64,000 nucleotides of DNA. It comes from Anolis carolinensis. Taxonomy: Eukaryota. Below the pieces are notes generated by a model. That model saw only the letters and a program-made list of their open reading frames with translations, was not told where the DNA came from and did not search any database. The stretch covers positions 295,105,749 to 295,169,748 of the forward strand of contig NC_085842.1 of the NCBI RefSeq assembly GCF_035594765.1, written 5' to 3'. Positions 52,495 to 64,000 of the stretch are shown here, one piece after another. The translations under genes and the position numbers were made by a program. Every line of letters starts with the position of its first letter. Positions within the stretch are counted from its first letter, which is position 1.

Positions 52495-52876
52495 GTCCAT
52501 CCCAGCCACCTCTTGTTGCTTTGTAATTGCAGGAGTGACTTTTGGAGAGACTGAATTCACAGCCGATCAAGCTGTGCTCAACGTCTGTTGGAAGTGGAGA
52601 GGTGGGGGAGTGGAAATGAGCTCTGGAAGGCTTGCCATTGTATCGTTTCCCTGCTCTCTGCTTGCACGCCTGACTTTGAAGGGATCTAAGCTGCTGCCAG
52701 TCCATCAGGGTGAAGGCAGCAGCTGAAGAGACAGGGACCCTCTCCTCTTTTTCTAGTTAGTACAGCAGTGCAAATCCCACTAGAGTTGGATCCATTTAGC
52801 CAGCTCTTTTGTTTCCAGATCTCCCAGGAATGTTCCCTTTCTGCTATTAGCTTTTTACAGCTTGCACCCGGATAAA

Positions 52877-53001
52877 ATGAGTTTGCCATCCAGCTGTGAG
52901 CACCTGACTCTGGAGAAAGTGGCTAGATTCCGAAGCGCCTTCATTCACGGATCACCCTATGCTATTAACAAGCCCATTGATATTAAGCAGCAAAGGAGAC
53001 G
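52877..53001 (+). CDS. PDE4D: Isoform-specific first coding exon of a long PDE4 isoform (MSLPSSCEHLTLEKVARFRSAFIHGSPYAINKPIDIKQQRR-R)
   Basis: AAAATG start; 41 codons plus CG, then donor GTAACT (phase 2, fits the R-FDVDNG junction of the shared exon). The 'MSLP...GSPxAxNxPIDI..RRR' pattern is one I recall from vertebrate PDE4 N-termini. Confidence 0.78.
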
Positions 53002-54780
53002 GTAACTTGGTTTCTCTTTCCTCTTCTGTTATTTTCAATAACCCTTCCTATTGCAAACAGTGTGCTGCTTTCTGGTCTTTAGTGTCTTGAATTATTTTGA
53101 ATATGTTATGTGAGGGGAACAGTCACAGTTGCCATTGCCACTTATTTGGACTTGAAAAATGGGATTGGGAAATTATTATTGCATTTTAAGGTGTCTGAAA
53201 AAGCCACACATAACTTGCTTTGAATGCTTGTTGATGAATTCGTATGTAAAAGGATGAATGATAAGGGAGACAAAGCAGCCATAAGTAAATCCTATTGACT
53301 TGAATAGGATTGATGCATTGATGTAACTGGAGAAACGGTTAGAGCCAAATATAATGCCCAGTCATTGTTCCCATCCTTTGTTCACACAGACCAGCTATTT
53401 CAAGGGGAAGCAATACCAAAGTTATGTTTTAAATTAAAAGGTCAGTTGTCAGGATCCAAAGAGCTGCCCAGTTGAGCTTGCCTAAAAGGACTTTAGGTTT
53501 GTACTTCTCATATGTTGCTGGGAAAACCATTTTTTCAAATGGAAGTGATTTTCAACAGGATTTTTTTAAAAAAAATTAAAATCTTATTCCGACGAAAAAT
53601 AAAATTGTTGTTGCCATTGCTGTTGCACAATCAATGTACACAGCATAGTTTCTTATAGAATGGTATAAGCAACATGGAGAGGCCTCTGCTTTCGGGAAGC
53701 TTACACTATAACAGAGCTGTTGATATGACATGGGGGAGTTCAAATTAGCCCTGATGTTAGAAATGGGCCAAAAAATATAAAACTGCCCATAAGTGTAAAA
53801 ATACAATTTGCGGTCTTGCATAAAATAAAGACATAGAAGGTGCACACACTATGTCAGAGCTCAAAACACAAGGGTTCAACATTGTTTGGAATACTCTGAC
53901 CTTATTGCTGTTATAATCTGTGTGAGATATTTGGTTCAAGTACCCAAGTACTGAAATGCTTCTGTAACACTTCATAAACACCATCCTGCTATAGACGTTT
54001 CAGGAGCTCAGTGTTCCCACAGTTTTTCACACGTTTGCCTACTTACTTTCTGTTGTTGTTATTGTTTTCTCCCAACACACACCCATGCATGAAAACCTAT
54101 GATTTCTTAAACACTAGGTTGGGGGATTTATTCTTGGACTTCGTAGGAGTTTAAAAGTGAGACTTTATTTTTTATTCTGTTGGTAGGTATCAAAATTCAG
54201 AATAAACATTCTTTTTAAAAAATGTCCAGTGAGTTTGTTACATGCAAAAAAGCTATGGCTTTAATATGAAATTGAAATCTCCTGAGGAAGAGAGAATGGC
54301 TGGGATTCTATATCACCTGTTTGGTTAAGTATACGTAATGATCATTAACTTAATTTAATGATTAACTTAATGAACATGGCAATAGAGTCATAATAATCAC
54401 TAGTGATGGTGAATATGAAACATTTACAGATGAGTAAATCTAGGTAACAATTTCATGCTCACAATTGTTATTTAGTCATGATTTTGACACTATTGCAACA
54501 AAAATATCCACCCCACAATCTTACTTTACATGGGGAAAAGGAGATCCAGTCTGCATGAGTAAATGACATTTCACTCAGATTTGAGGTGTTGGGTAACCAT
54601 TCTCCTTAATGGACTTCTTAGGGCCTATTCACATTACATAATTATAGCACTATGTTTCCATATTAACTCCCATGATTCCATTATGTGGAATCCTGAGGTT
54701 TGCAGCCTGGTTTTTGTTTTGTTTTGTTGGATGGGGGATGGAGTTGGCTGTTTCGGATAAAAAGAGGCCAAAAATATGTC

Positions 54781-54781
54781 C

Positions 54782-54837
<56 letters not shown>

Positions 54838-54960
54838 TCTTACTCACCTCTCCCTATGGCTCAAGGCGGGTCACAGCGCAGTCAAAAACACACAAATACT
54901 ATAAAAATTCTACAAACACACATATTAAAATGCAGTTCCATAAAAGATACATATTAAAGC
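54781..54960 (-). mobile_element. L2-type 3' tail with (TTA)n microsatellite
   Basis: (TTA)n at 54783-54836 followed by the reverse-complement L2 stem-loop. Confidence 0.75.
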
Positions 54961-55708
54961 ATCCGACCCATCATCCCCCTTATTCTGTCCAAACAGATAC
55001 ACCAAGGCAGCCCCAATTTGTCAAACTTAACATTTAGACTGTCATTCCCAAAATTTTCTAGCCATATGGCAGGGTGGGGATGGGGTCTGGTAATTGCAGC
55101 CTCAAAAAAGTAATTTTTGAAGCTCTGGTTCTCATGGAGGGCAAAAATGCAAAAGCTCCACCTAGCTGTTAGACCTGTGATGGGAATCATGTAGCCTTTT
55201 AGATATTGATGAACTTTAACTCCCAGCAGTCTTGACCATCGTAGACAATGATGATGAATGCTTGCAGCTGCAGCTCAATACTTTTCATCCAATTATTTCC
55301 AGAATACACTTATTGGATTTAATGAATGTTGTATGTTTTTATTTCTGTCCATTTTCTTTTCTTTTTTTGAGAAAAAAGCACTTTATTTACTTGTATTTTT
55401 GTTTGGTTCAGTAAATACAAAAAGCTGCACATTTCAATTAGTCAGCAGCCTGACTACTGAGCTGATCTTTTTAATGATTTCATTTCTATGGGTATTCTCA
55501 GCCAATCCAGATCCCATTAACTGCTGGCTTATGTAAAGGTCACTTTTGGTGGGTTATAACAAACATGTGAATGATCAGATAGAGAAAAAGTGGGCTTTTC
55601 TAAAACCTTCAGAATGGTGAACCTATCACTTAGGATGGAAAAAGTGGTCAAATGCATGTCAATGAGTGCTAAAAGTGGTAAGTAGACAACCAACACAAGA
55701 GTATAGAC

Positions 55709-55843
55709 CAGGCATGGGCAAACCTCGGCCCTCTAGGTGTTTTGGGCTTCAACTCTCACATTTCCTAACAGCTGGTAAGCTGGCTTGGATTTCTGGGAGT
55801 TAAAGTCCAAAACACCTGGATGGCTGAAGTTTACCCATGGTTG
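55709..55843. mobile_element. hAT-Charlie MITE
   Basis: CAGGCATGGGCAAAC...GTTTACCCATGGTTG with palindromic body. Confidence 0.85.
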
Positions 55844-55854
55844 GTAGGCATTGT

Positions 55855-56265
55855 AATTGGTAACTGCCATCAATGGAACCCTGTGAATGAGAGAGCTCCA
55901 TCACCCTTCCTCAACAGCCCTGCTCAGATGTTGCAGACTCGGGGCTATAGCTTCCTTAGTTAGTCTAGCCATCTGCAATGAGGCCTTCCTGTTTTCCTAC
56001 TGCCCTCCATTATACCAAACATTATCATCTTTTTCTAGTGATCCATGTCTTCTTATAATATGGCCAAAGTATACTCAGTATCTTGGCTCCTAGGGAGAGT
56101 TCAGGCGTTGGTTGCTCTAGGCTCATTCATTGGTCTTTTTAACTGTTCATGATATCTGTAGAACTCTTCTCAAGCATGTTTCAATAAGTTGATTTTCTTC
56201 CTATCAGAGTTCTTCAATGTCTAGCTAGCTTTCAGTCATATACAGAAAAGGGAAAAACATGGCCA
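55855..56265 (-). mobile_element. RTE/BovB-like LINE 3' end
   Basis: Reverse complement reads 'YFGHIIRRHGSLEK'; related to 46430-46828. Confidence 0.8.
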
Positions 56266-57043
56266 TAGGAGTGTGACAAAGGCAAAGATGATTGGGCTGG
56301 CCCAGTACAAAGAGCATAGGTGAAATGATAGGCACTGAATAGCTGGGTAGCTAACTTCTAGACCTGCTTCTGTTTCACTGACTGTCTTAGCACCAAGTTC
56401 ACTGATTATATATTTTGTCTCTTGTCTGGTATATTTACGATGTACTGGAAATTTTGTGATGAAACCAGTCCTTACCTTTTTAAAAAATATGGTTGGGAAA
56501 GGCCTGAGTTTCTATAGTTATATCAAGTGTGATGTTTTCATTATCAATGTTAGTTTTGCTGTTTTATATAGCGTTTCTTAAAAAGGATGAGATTACAGAA
56601 CTAATAGTGTGTGCCAGACTTTTCAAAGGGTATTATTCTAAAAATGACTACTAGTTTTTGTAATGTGTCAAGATTTGATTCTATTAAGATTTTAGGCTGT
56701 AAGAGTTTTTATTTTGAAAACAAAGTATAGTGTGCTGTTTTGGTTTAAAGCCATTCATAAAAAGAATATCAGATCCATTAATAATGTATATGTGCTCATC
56801 AGTCTCAAGATAATGTTCTGTCTCCTCTCTCTTTCCCATCACTGCTAATCTTGCAACGTCACAGTGTCATTTTTTAAAATGTTTGCAGCTGGTCTGTGTA
56901 CCTGGAAAAACTCAATTGTAGCATCATGTTTCTCTGAAGCCCACCTGTATTCCTGTTTCCACATTTTGTTCATATCATTTTGCAAGATATATTTTTTGTT
57001 CTCCATGAAAATTCATTCATACTGGAAGCAGTATTGAAATTCT

Positions 57044-57215
57044 TATTTATTTATTTATTTTTTCACATTTATATCTCACCCTTCTCACCCGAAGGGATTC
57101 AGGGCGGCTTACAACAACGGCAACAATTCGATGCCCATACAAATCAATATAAAACAGTACATAAAACAGTTAAAACTATTAAAATAGATTATAAATTACA
57201 AAACATACAAAATTC
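57044..57215 (-). mobile_element. L2-type 3' tail
   Basis: (TTTA)n followed by CCCTTCTCACCCGAAGGGATTCAGGGCGGC. Confidence 0.8.
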
Positions 57216-57327
57216 TTCCTATCTTAGGCCTTTTGTACACGTTTTCTTCTTTGACTAAAACATTTTTGTATATTTTACAGTTATCTGTAGTTTAGCCATT
57301 TGGATTTTAAAATATCTTATGAGTAAT

Positions 57328-57646
57328 GTAAAGGTAAAGGTTTCCCCTGACGTTAAGTCCAGTCATGTCTGACTCTGAGGGTTGGTGCTCATTTCCATTT
57401 CTAAGCCAAAGAGCCGGCGTTGTCCGTAGACACCTCCAAGGTCATGTGGCCGGCATGACTGCATGGAGCGCCGTTACCTTCCTGCCGGAGCGGTACCTAT
57501 TGATCTACTCACATTGGCATGTTTTTGAACTGCTAGGTTGGCAGGAGCTGGAGCTAACAGCAGCTGCTCATGCCGCTCCCGGGGTTTGAACCTGGGATCT
57601 TTCGGTCTCCAGCTCAGTGCTTTAACGCACTTCGTCACCGGGGCTC
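57328..57646 (-). mobile_element. Sauria SINE
   Basis: Full length; TSD TTATGAGTA at 57317-57325 and 57647-57655. Confidence 0.97.
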
Positions 57647-57691
57647 TTATGAGTACAGAACCTCTAACATGGGCACATTTCCAAGGTAACA

Positions 57692-57900
57692 GTCCCCTTT
57701 GCACTCTTCAGTTCTAGCGCTACAATTCTAGTTTAACTGCCATGGCTGCATCCTATGGAATCCTGGGACATGTAGCTTGATGAGGCACTAAAGAATATTA
57801 AATATTCCTCTCCATGCTCCAGATCCCAAACTTCTATAGGATGGAACTGTGGTAGGTAAAGTGGAATCATGCCACTATAGTTGTTAACATGAATGAGGCC
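57692..57900. mobile_element. Harbinger-like palindromic MITE
   Basis: Same internal arms as 7375-7593. Confidence 0.65.
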
Positions 57901-58105
57901 AAGTTCTAGTTTATCTCACAAATCTTAGAAGGTGTAACATTTATACACTGAAACCACTAATACTGAATCAGGCAGAACAATACCTGGGACAATATTAGTC
58001 AGGACCAACTCTAAGTTCGATGAGGCCTCTGGCAGATCTGCCTGGTATCCCACTTATGTCAGTTGGGCCCTATTGTTGAGTTTTCTTGGCAGCTGTAATG
58101 GACAC

Positions 58106-58885
58106 TAGAGATGGGCTTTCAAGACTTACCTTGTTCTGTTTTGTGTCCTGGCTTTCTTCGAGGCCCTGATTTGTTTTCGTCTGACCTCCCAAAATTGGAT
58201 GGTCAGACATTTGTTTTGTTTTGCTTTGTTTTTTGTTTTCGGAGGGGGCGGGGAAGTGCCGGCCAAGGCCACAGCTAGTGCTGCTCAAATGCCTGGTAAG
58301 GAGCCGGGCAAAGGGAGAGGAGGGAGGCACAGGACGACCCAGCCACCCCCAACCTCCCCCCCTGCCAGGCCTGTGCAAGTAGGCCCAAAGCCTGCACCCT
58401 TAAGGCACAGGCTTTGGGCTATACCTAGCCTGGCCTCGCAGGGCCTACAGACGATTGTCGAGTAAGGATTGCTCCTTTCTTGACAATCGTCTTTAGGCCC
58501 TACGAGGCCCGGGTGCGTAGGCCCAAAGCCTGCTCCCATAGGCCCAAAGCTCCCAGGCCTACGGGTGCATGCTTTGGGCTTAGGCACCCGGGCCTTGCTG
58601 GACCTACAACCGATTGCAGAATAAGGAGTGATCTTTACTCAGCAATCGGCTGCAGGCCCTGTGAGGCCCGGGTGTGTAGGGCCTACAGGTGCAGTTTTTG
58701 GGCCTACACACCTGGGCCTTGCAGGGCCTACAGCTGATCGATCTAAAAGGCAGGCTTGGAGCTGATATCGGCTCCCGCCTGCCTTTTGTTTCATTGGGGG
58801 TCTTTCTGTTTTGTGCCATCCAAATGGATGATACGAGACAGAAACATGAATGAAACATGTGAGACAGATACCGCGCACATCTCTA
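58106..58885. mobile_element. Non-autonomous hAT (Ac-like) element with internal GC-rich minisatellite
   Basis: TIRs TAGAGATGGGC / GCACATCTCTA; perfect 8-bp TSD ATGGACAC at 58098-58105 and 58886-58893. Confidence 0.92.
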
Positions 58886-59004
58886 ATGGACACATTAACA
58901 TTTATCTTGGTGCCAAGCCTGCCATTTGTACCTACTGAAGCAATACCAGCTGAAAACTAGCATGGTCCACAGTTTGGATATTAAACTACTATTCCAGACA
59001 GCAA

Positions 59005-59180
59005 AGCTGGAATCCCTACTCAGCCATGGAAACCCACTGGGTGACCTTGGGCAAGTCACATCTCACAGTTTCAGGGGAAGGCAAAGGCAAACCCTCTGAA
59101 CAAATCTTTCCAATAAAACCCCATGAAACCCTTAGGATTGCATTGGATCAGAAATGACTTGTAGACACACAGCAGCAATA
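59005..59180 (+). mobile_element. 5'-truncated tRNA-derived SINE
   Basis: Homologous to 14047 and 48975 copies. Confidence 0.75.
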
Positions 59181-60793
59181 ATACAATACTACAAAAGGAA
59201 TATTATTCTCAAAGTGATTGTTTCTGTGTAGTAAAAGTCACCGAATGCATTTCAGAAAATAGTATTCTTCCATGAAGGGCAGACTGATAAAATATGTAAA
59301 GTCAGCTTTCCCAGATGAAATTAATAACAGTTTTGTGCCTAATGAATACACACGGGGACTCTGAGAACTGTTGGTATTGCTTCATACTTGGAACTACCTT
59401 TTCATTTCATTGTTTAAATGTAAGGCCAGGACAGATGTCACTGGTGGGAAGCCATGTGACCAAAGCTGCCACATGCTAATGACAGTACCTGATGTGGGAG
59501 CACAAAGTGTACCTGGAACCTTTGAGACTTGAATATAGTAATATCTCTTCTTTTTTAAAAAAACATTTTTATAATCAGGAACCACTGGCTAATAGCACTA
59601 GTCTTGGAGCAGAAAGACCTTGCAATACAGGATAATTTCATGCCATCAACCTTCTCGTTGTCTTGTCAAAATGGTATCTATGGAAATGAATCAATACTAA
59701 TAGCCTGTTGGTAGCAGCCGAGGTCCAAACCATGGTGTAGTGATTAGCTGTGCTTTAGTGCCTCTAAAAATAGAAAGAAATAATAAATGGGGGCCAAGAT
59801 ACTTCCTGTATACAATAGAATGAGCTTTATTGAAGAAAACATGTTTTGAGAGATAGAAATTTTTACAAATGGGAACTGTGAGCAAACAAACATTATTGGA
59901 AGTTTGGAAATGGACCAAGAAAAGTGCAGCTCACCCCTTTTCTGAAGCAAGGGCCCTGGATTGTGTCCTATTTTAAAAAATTTACCAATAGCAGATAAAC
60001 ACACCTCTTCCAGTAAAAGCATTATTTGGTGGTTGGGAAATAGAATTAGTCCTTTTAAAATTATAACATCCTCCCTCCCTTTTTGCAGAATCAATGAAGC
60101 AATTTCTATCTGTTGAAAGGTTGACATCTCTTAAACTGTAATTTCTTATGATACTCTAGTGTCTAAATGATAGTTTTCCTCCAGCTGCCAACATTTAGAA
60201 AAAATGATGACTTTTCTTTTGGTATAAAGAGAAAATACCATTACATTTTTTATCGCACTTCTGTCAATTTAATATGTGGACTGGGAGTTCTTCTTGGATT
60301 GATGATGGCATAGTTGAGGAAAGAAACATTACTTTATTGCTGCATGCAGTCCTTTGTTCCTTCTGAATTGTCTTGTAAACTTAAACCAAAGAGAGGCATT
60401 ATCCTTACTATTGGATTGACCTTTTGGCATTCAGATAGATTGTACTTTAAAGTTCAGTAAATTTTAAATTATGTTGACAGACAGGAACTCAATTTGATGT
60501 AAATATGTCTATATTCACAGGAGCCTCCCAATTACTTTGGAGTCAGGGTATATCTACATGATGAAATTGATAGATGTAGCAGAAATTAATTTATTGTTAG
60601 ATAAGAGAATTTTGCAAAGACTGGAAATCCCTTACAGACTTTTGGCAAAAAAGAAAGAAAAGCAAAGGACTTGAAAAGTTTTGGATTTGATGACTAAAAA
60701 AATAGGCCATTAAAAGAGGGGATTATGTGGAAATTTCATTGAGAGAGGCATGAATAACTATATGTCTAAGATATAACCATGCTGGTCTGGAAT

Positions 60794-61127
60794 CAGAGGC
60801 GGTTCAACCACCAGGCCAACTAGGCAGTTGCCTGTGGCGCCATCTTGTTGGGGGTGCCATTGAGGCAACTCCTGTCTCCTGCAGCCTGCCTCCACAAGGT
60901 ATTGAACTGCTTTTTCTGCTGATTTGTTGTAAAACATGATATTTATTGCTTAATTTGTAAAATCCTAATGTAATTTGATGTTTAATAGGCTTTTCCTTAA
61001 TCCCTCCTTATTATCAAACATTTTCGCTTATCCAACGCCTTTATTTTTCAGTGATTGGTTTTTTTTTGGGGGGGGGGCGCCAAAATTCTGTTCGCCTACA
61101 CTTGAAAAATACCTAGGGCCGGCTCTG
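60794..61127. mobile_element. Non-autonomous hAT element carrying a Tigger-like internal segment
   Basis: TIRs CAGAGGCGG / CCGGCTCTG; perfect TSD TCTGGAAT at 60786-60793 and 61128-61135. Confidence 0.9.
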
Positions 61128-61135
61128 TCTGGAAT

Positions 61136-61245
61136 ATCAGCATGCAGAGGAATCTTGTAGTATTTCAGAGAACAAAGTTGATACGAAAGCTTATGCTACC
61201 AACTTTGTTGTATTAGTCTCCAAGATGCTACAATATCCCATTATA
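61136..61245. mobile_element. Penelope-like (Neptune-type) inverted remnant
   Basis: 'tacgaaagcttatgctacc...ttagtctccaagatgctacaa' plus an inverted partial copy; only the GAAA half of a hammerhead core remains. Confidence 0.55.
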
Positions 61246-61247
61246 TA

Positions 61248-61324
61248 CAGGGTGTTTGAAAAAGAACTCCCTATTCACTATTTAATTTAAATGGTGAATA
61301 GGAAGTTCTTTTTCAAACACCCTG
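61248..61324. mobile_element. 77-bp mariner-type fold-back MITE
   Basis: TA-CAGGGTGTTTGAAAAAGAACT...AGTTCTTTTTCAAACACCCTG-TA; near-perfect palindrome. Confidence 0.92.
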
Positions 61325-63336
61325 TATATGAGACTTGGTATCTGCTAGGATTTGGTTCCTGGCTGTCCCATGGATACAAAAATCTGTGTGATCCAACAGC
61401 CAGTAGAGTGTCTGCTGTGGACTCATCTTGTTGTGTTTCAAATAATATAATAATAACAACAACAACTATTTATACCCCGCTCCATCTCCCGAAGGACTCG
61501 GAGCGGCTTACACTGGGACAAGCCCAAAACAGTATTACATCAATAAAACAGTAACACAATAAAGTAGATAGCCAGTAACACAATAGATACGTAATAGCTA
61601 GCTAGCTTTGAGGTAGGAATTCATTTAAAAGGCCAATTTAAGAATGCCTGGATTGCCTGAACCAAGTCTACTGTGCCCATACTCTCTGTAAAAAATAACA
61701 ATAAGAAAACATTAGATGCTTGGGAGTAGTAGTTAGTTGGTAATACAAAAAAAAAAAACCCAAAGAGTTTGATGGCAGATTAAAGACAAAGCAGTTTCAA
61801 ATGATATAATTCATTGTGATCGAAATAGGCATGTGCCAAATAAGATCTGTTAGTCTTTATCACCCAGCAAGACCGCTTATTTTGTTTGTTCCAAGATGCC
61901 TATATGAGATCAAACCACATTTACTTTTAAAGAAAGCTATTTTAAAATATGTGTTTCTCCAATAAGTTTGTTTAAGTGGGCCAACAAGTTCTTTGGTTGT
62001 AGTTGTTCATTATTCGATTCCCAAAGTAGAAAATATGCACAATAAACACTAAACTCACCTAGCCTACAGGTATGAACTGTGTGCTATGTTAATAAATTAC
62101 TAGAGAGATATTAACAGTTTTAGCCAGCCTCGCCCCAAACTGAAACCGGCCAAAGCTGTGATAAATTGCAAGATACATGAATTGTAAGCACAGAATAGGA
62201 TTGTATATTGCCTTAACATCTCATTAATTCTCAATAGCAGCTTAGACAAACAGCCATTAGCTGAGGTTATTGGATCTTAAGACTTAACCAACAAATGTCT
62301 TGCAAAAAGCAAATATTAACGACCAGCTACAGAGCAACAGATGTTGGCCATTGGATAAGCCTTGCACTTTTATGCTTATTGCATTCCCATTATTAAATTC
62401 AAAGCCTCTAGTGTTTAAATAGCATTACAGTTATGAAACAAATGAAAACAAATACCTAGAAAAACCAAGATTAAGAGTAACATTTTGGGGGAGAGTTCAG
62501 AAATGTCCAGTTTGTTTGAAGAATCTAAAGAAGGGTAAATTTAATGTATCTATCCTGAACCAATTGTAGTCCAAAAGGCTTTTTTCATATCATTTTTAGC
62601 TCAGCAGACTACAGTTCGCAATTCGCCTGGGCTGTGAAATTCACAGCCCATACAATGTCGCTTTTCCAAGCTCTGAACCAGACAAATACACTCTCAATAT
62701 AAGATTGTTTTCTAACCCTCACCTCAGCAGCTCTGGGCAACCCTATGTAAACCTGATTTTACTGTGCAGTCACTCTTTATTAAAACCAAATAGCCTGTTT
62801 TAAAAACCCTCTTCAAAGCATTTAGTAACTAATTAAGACACTGCTCTAACAAGCATTTATAAATGGGCATTAAGAGACAGCTTTGAAATTTACAAGATCA
62901 AATAAGGCAGCTATCCAAAGCAGAGCACTGTGTAATTTCTGTTTAGAATTAATAAAAGCCTAAAAGCTTTTGGTTTTTGGCCTACCACCTATATGTTACA
63001 TATAATTATGTGGTTCTTTTTCTTTGGATTTTTAAAAGCTAGTCAAGGTGCCAAATGCTTTCCCCAAATAGGTTCAGCACCTTGGATACTTCCTTTAAAC
63101 ATTTAGGCTGAAGCCTAGCATGAATTCACCATCCTGAGTTGGGTGCCTTCAATAAGAAAACAACTCCAGAAGAAAGGCTTTTTGAGCAGAAAGATGTCTT
63201 TCAAGAAAAATATTAAGCAGCTCCTTACAAAGATTTTGTTCAGAAATCTAACCTTCTATTAGTCCTTGTGCATTTTGGGAGTTTGGAGAGGGACCAACAT
63301 TATGTAAAAATACCATATTGCTATATGGCATGTATA

Positions 63337-63671
63337 GGGGCCTCCAGTGGAACAGTGGGTTAAAGCGCTGAGCTGCTGAACTTGTGGACCAAAAGGTTGC
63401 AGGTTCAAATCCGGGGAGCAGAATGAGCACCCACTGTTACCCCCAGCTTCTGCCAACCTAGCAGTTCGAAAACATGCAAATGTGAGTAGATCAATGGGTA
63501 CTGCTCTGCTGGGGAAGGTAACGGCGCTCCATGCAGACATGCCAGCCACATGACCTTGGATGTTTTCTATGGACAACGCTGGCTCTTCGGCTTAGAAATG
63601 GAGATGAGCACCAACCCCCAGAGTCGGACACAACTGGACTTAACGTCAGGGGAAACCATTACCTTTTTATT
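63337..63671 (+). mobile_element. Sauria SINE
   Basis: Full length; TSD TGGCATGTATAG/TGGCATTTATAG. Confidence 0.97.
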
Positions 63672-64000
63672 TGGCATTTATAGTTTGGCTTAGACTACTT
63701 GGGTTTGAATTGTTATGGAAGTTGAACCTAAATGCAGTTTCTATTGCTGAATAGCTGGTCACCATTTATGTAAATCACACTGACACAATTATCTCTAATT
63801 GGGTCTACTCTTTAGATTAGGCTAATACATTACATATTAAAAATCCTAAAACATCAACAAGAGCTAGCTCTTACGATGTTCTTGAATTTCAACTTCTGTC
63901 AATCCTAAACAGAATTGGTGGGGGGAATACCACAAATGCTTTGAAGAAGTGCACCTTGAGAAACTATAATCCTAGAATCTCTCCTATCCTTGCCTTGGTC

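Larger units (their letters stand above)
1..64000 (+). other. PDE4D: Large 5' intronic region with alternative first exons of a PDE4-family gene, probably PDE4D
   Basis: Inferred from the phase-2 exon at 52877-53001, which resembles PDE4 long-isoform N-termini, and from a recursive-splice motif; PDE4D is a known recursively spliced gene. No shared PDE4 exon lies inside the window. Confidence 0.7.

Noticed and set aside
58365-58735. CRISPR-like repeat array
   Set aside because: Eukaryotic minisatellite within a hAT element; no unique spacers or cas genes.

Overview
Non-bacterial window: AT-rich, repeat-dense squamate DNA, most likely an Anolis lizard. The repeat content includes Sauria SINEs, L2/CR1, RTE/BovB-like, Dong-R4, Penelope, hAT, Tigger and Harbinger MITEs, and a solo LTR. 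Almost all listed ORFs are spurious or transposon-derived. The window looks like part of the giant 5' intronic region of a + strand PDE4-family cAMP phosphodiesterase gene, most probably PDE4D. The shared exons are not in the window, so this assignment is by recognition, not alignment. Main non-repeat signals: (1) a first-type coding exon at 52877-53001 (MSLPSSCEHL...PIDIKQQRR-R, phase-2 donor) with an upstream CRE half-site and TATA box; (2) a second, unrecognised candidate first exon at 13638-13798 with the same phase-2 CG|GT junction; (3) a textbook recursive-splice motif (pyrimidine tract-TAG|GTAAGT at 31147/31148) followed by a 122-nt RS-exon, bracketed by two inverted Sauria SINEs. Also present are a Penelope-derived minimal hammerhead ribozyme inside a long hairpin and a solo LTR whose first ~320 nt are an open frame. 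Coordinates were counted by hand; repeat boundaries without TSDs are approximate.
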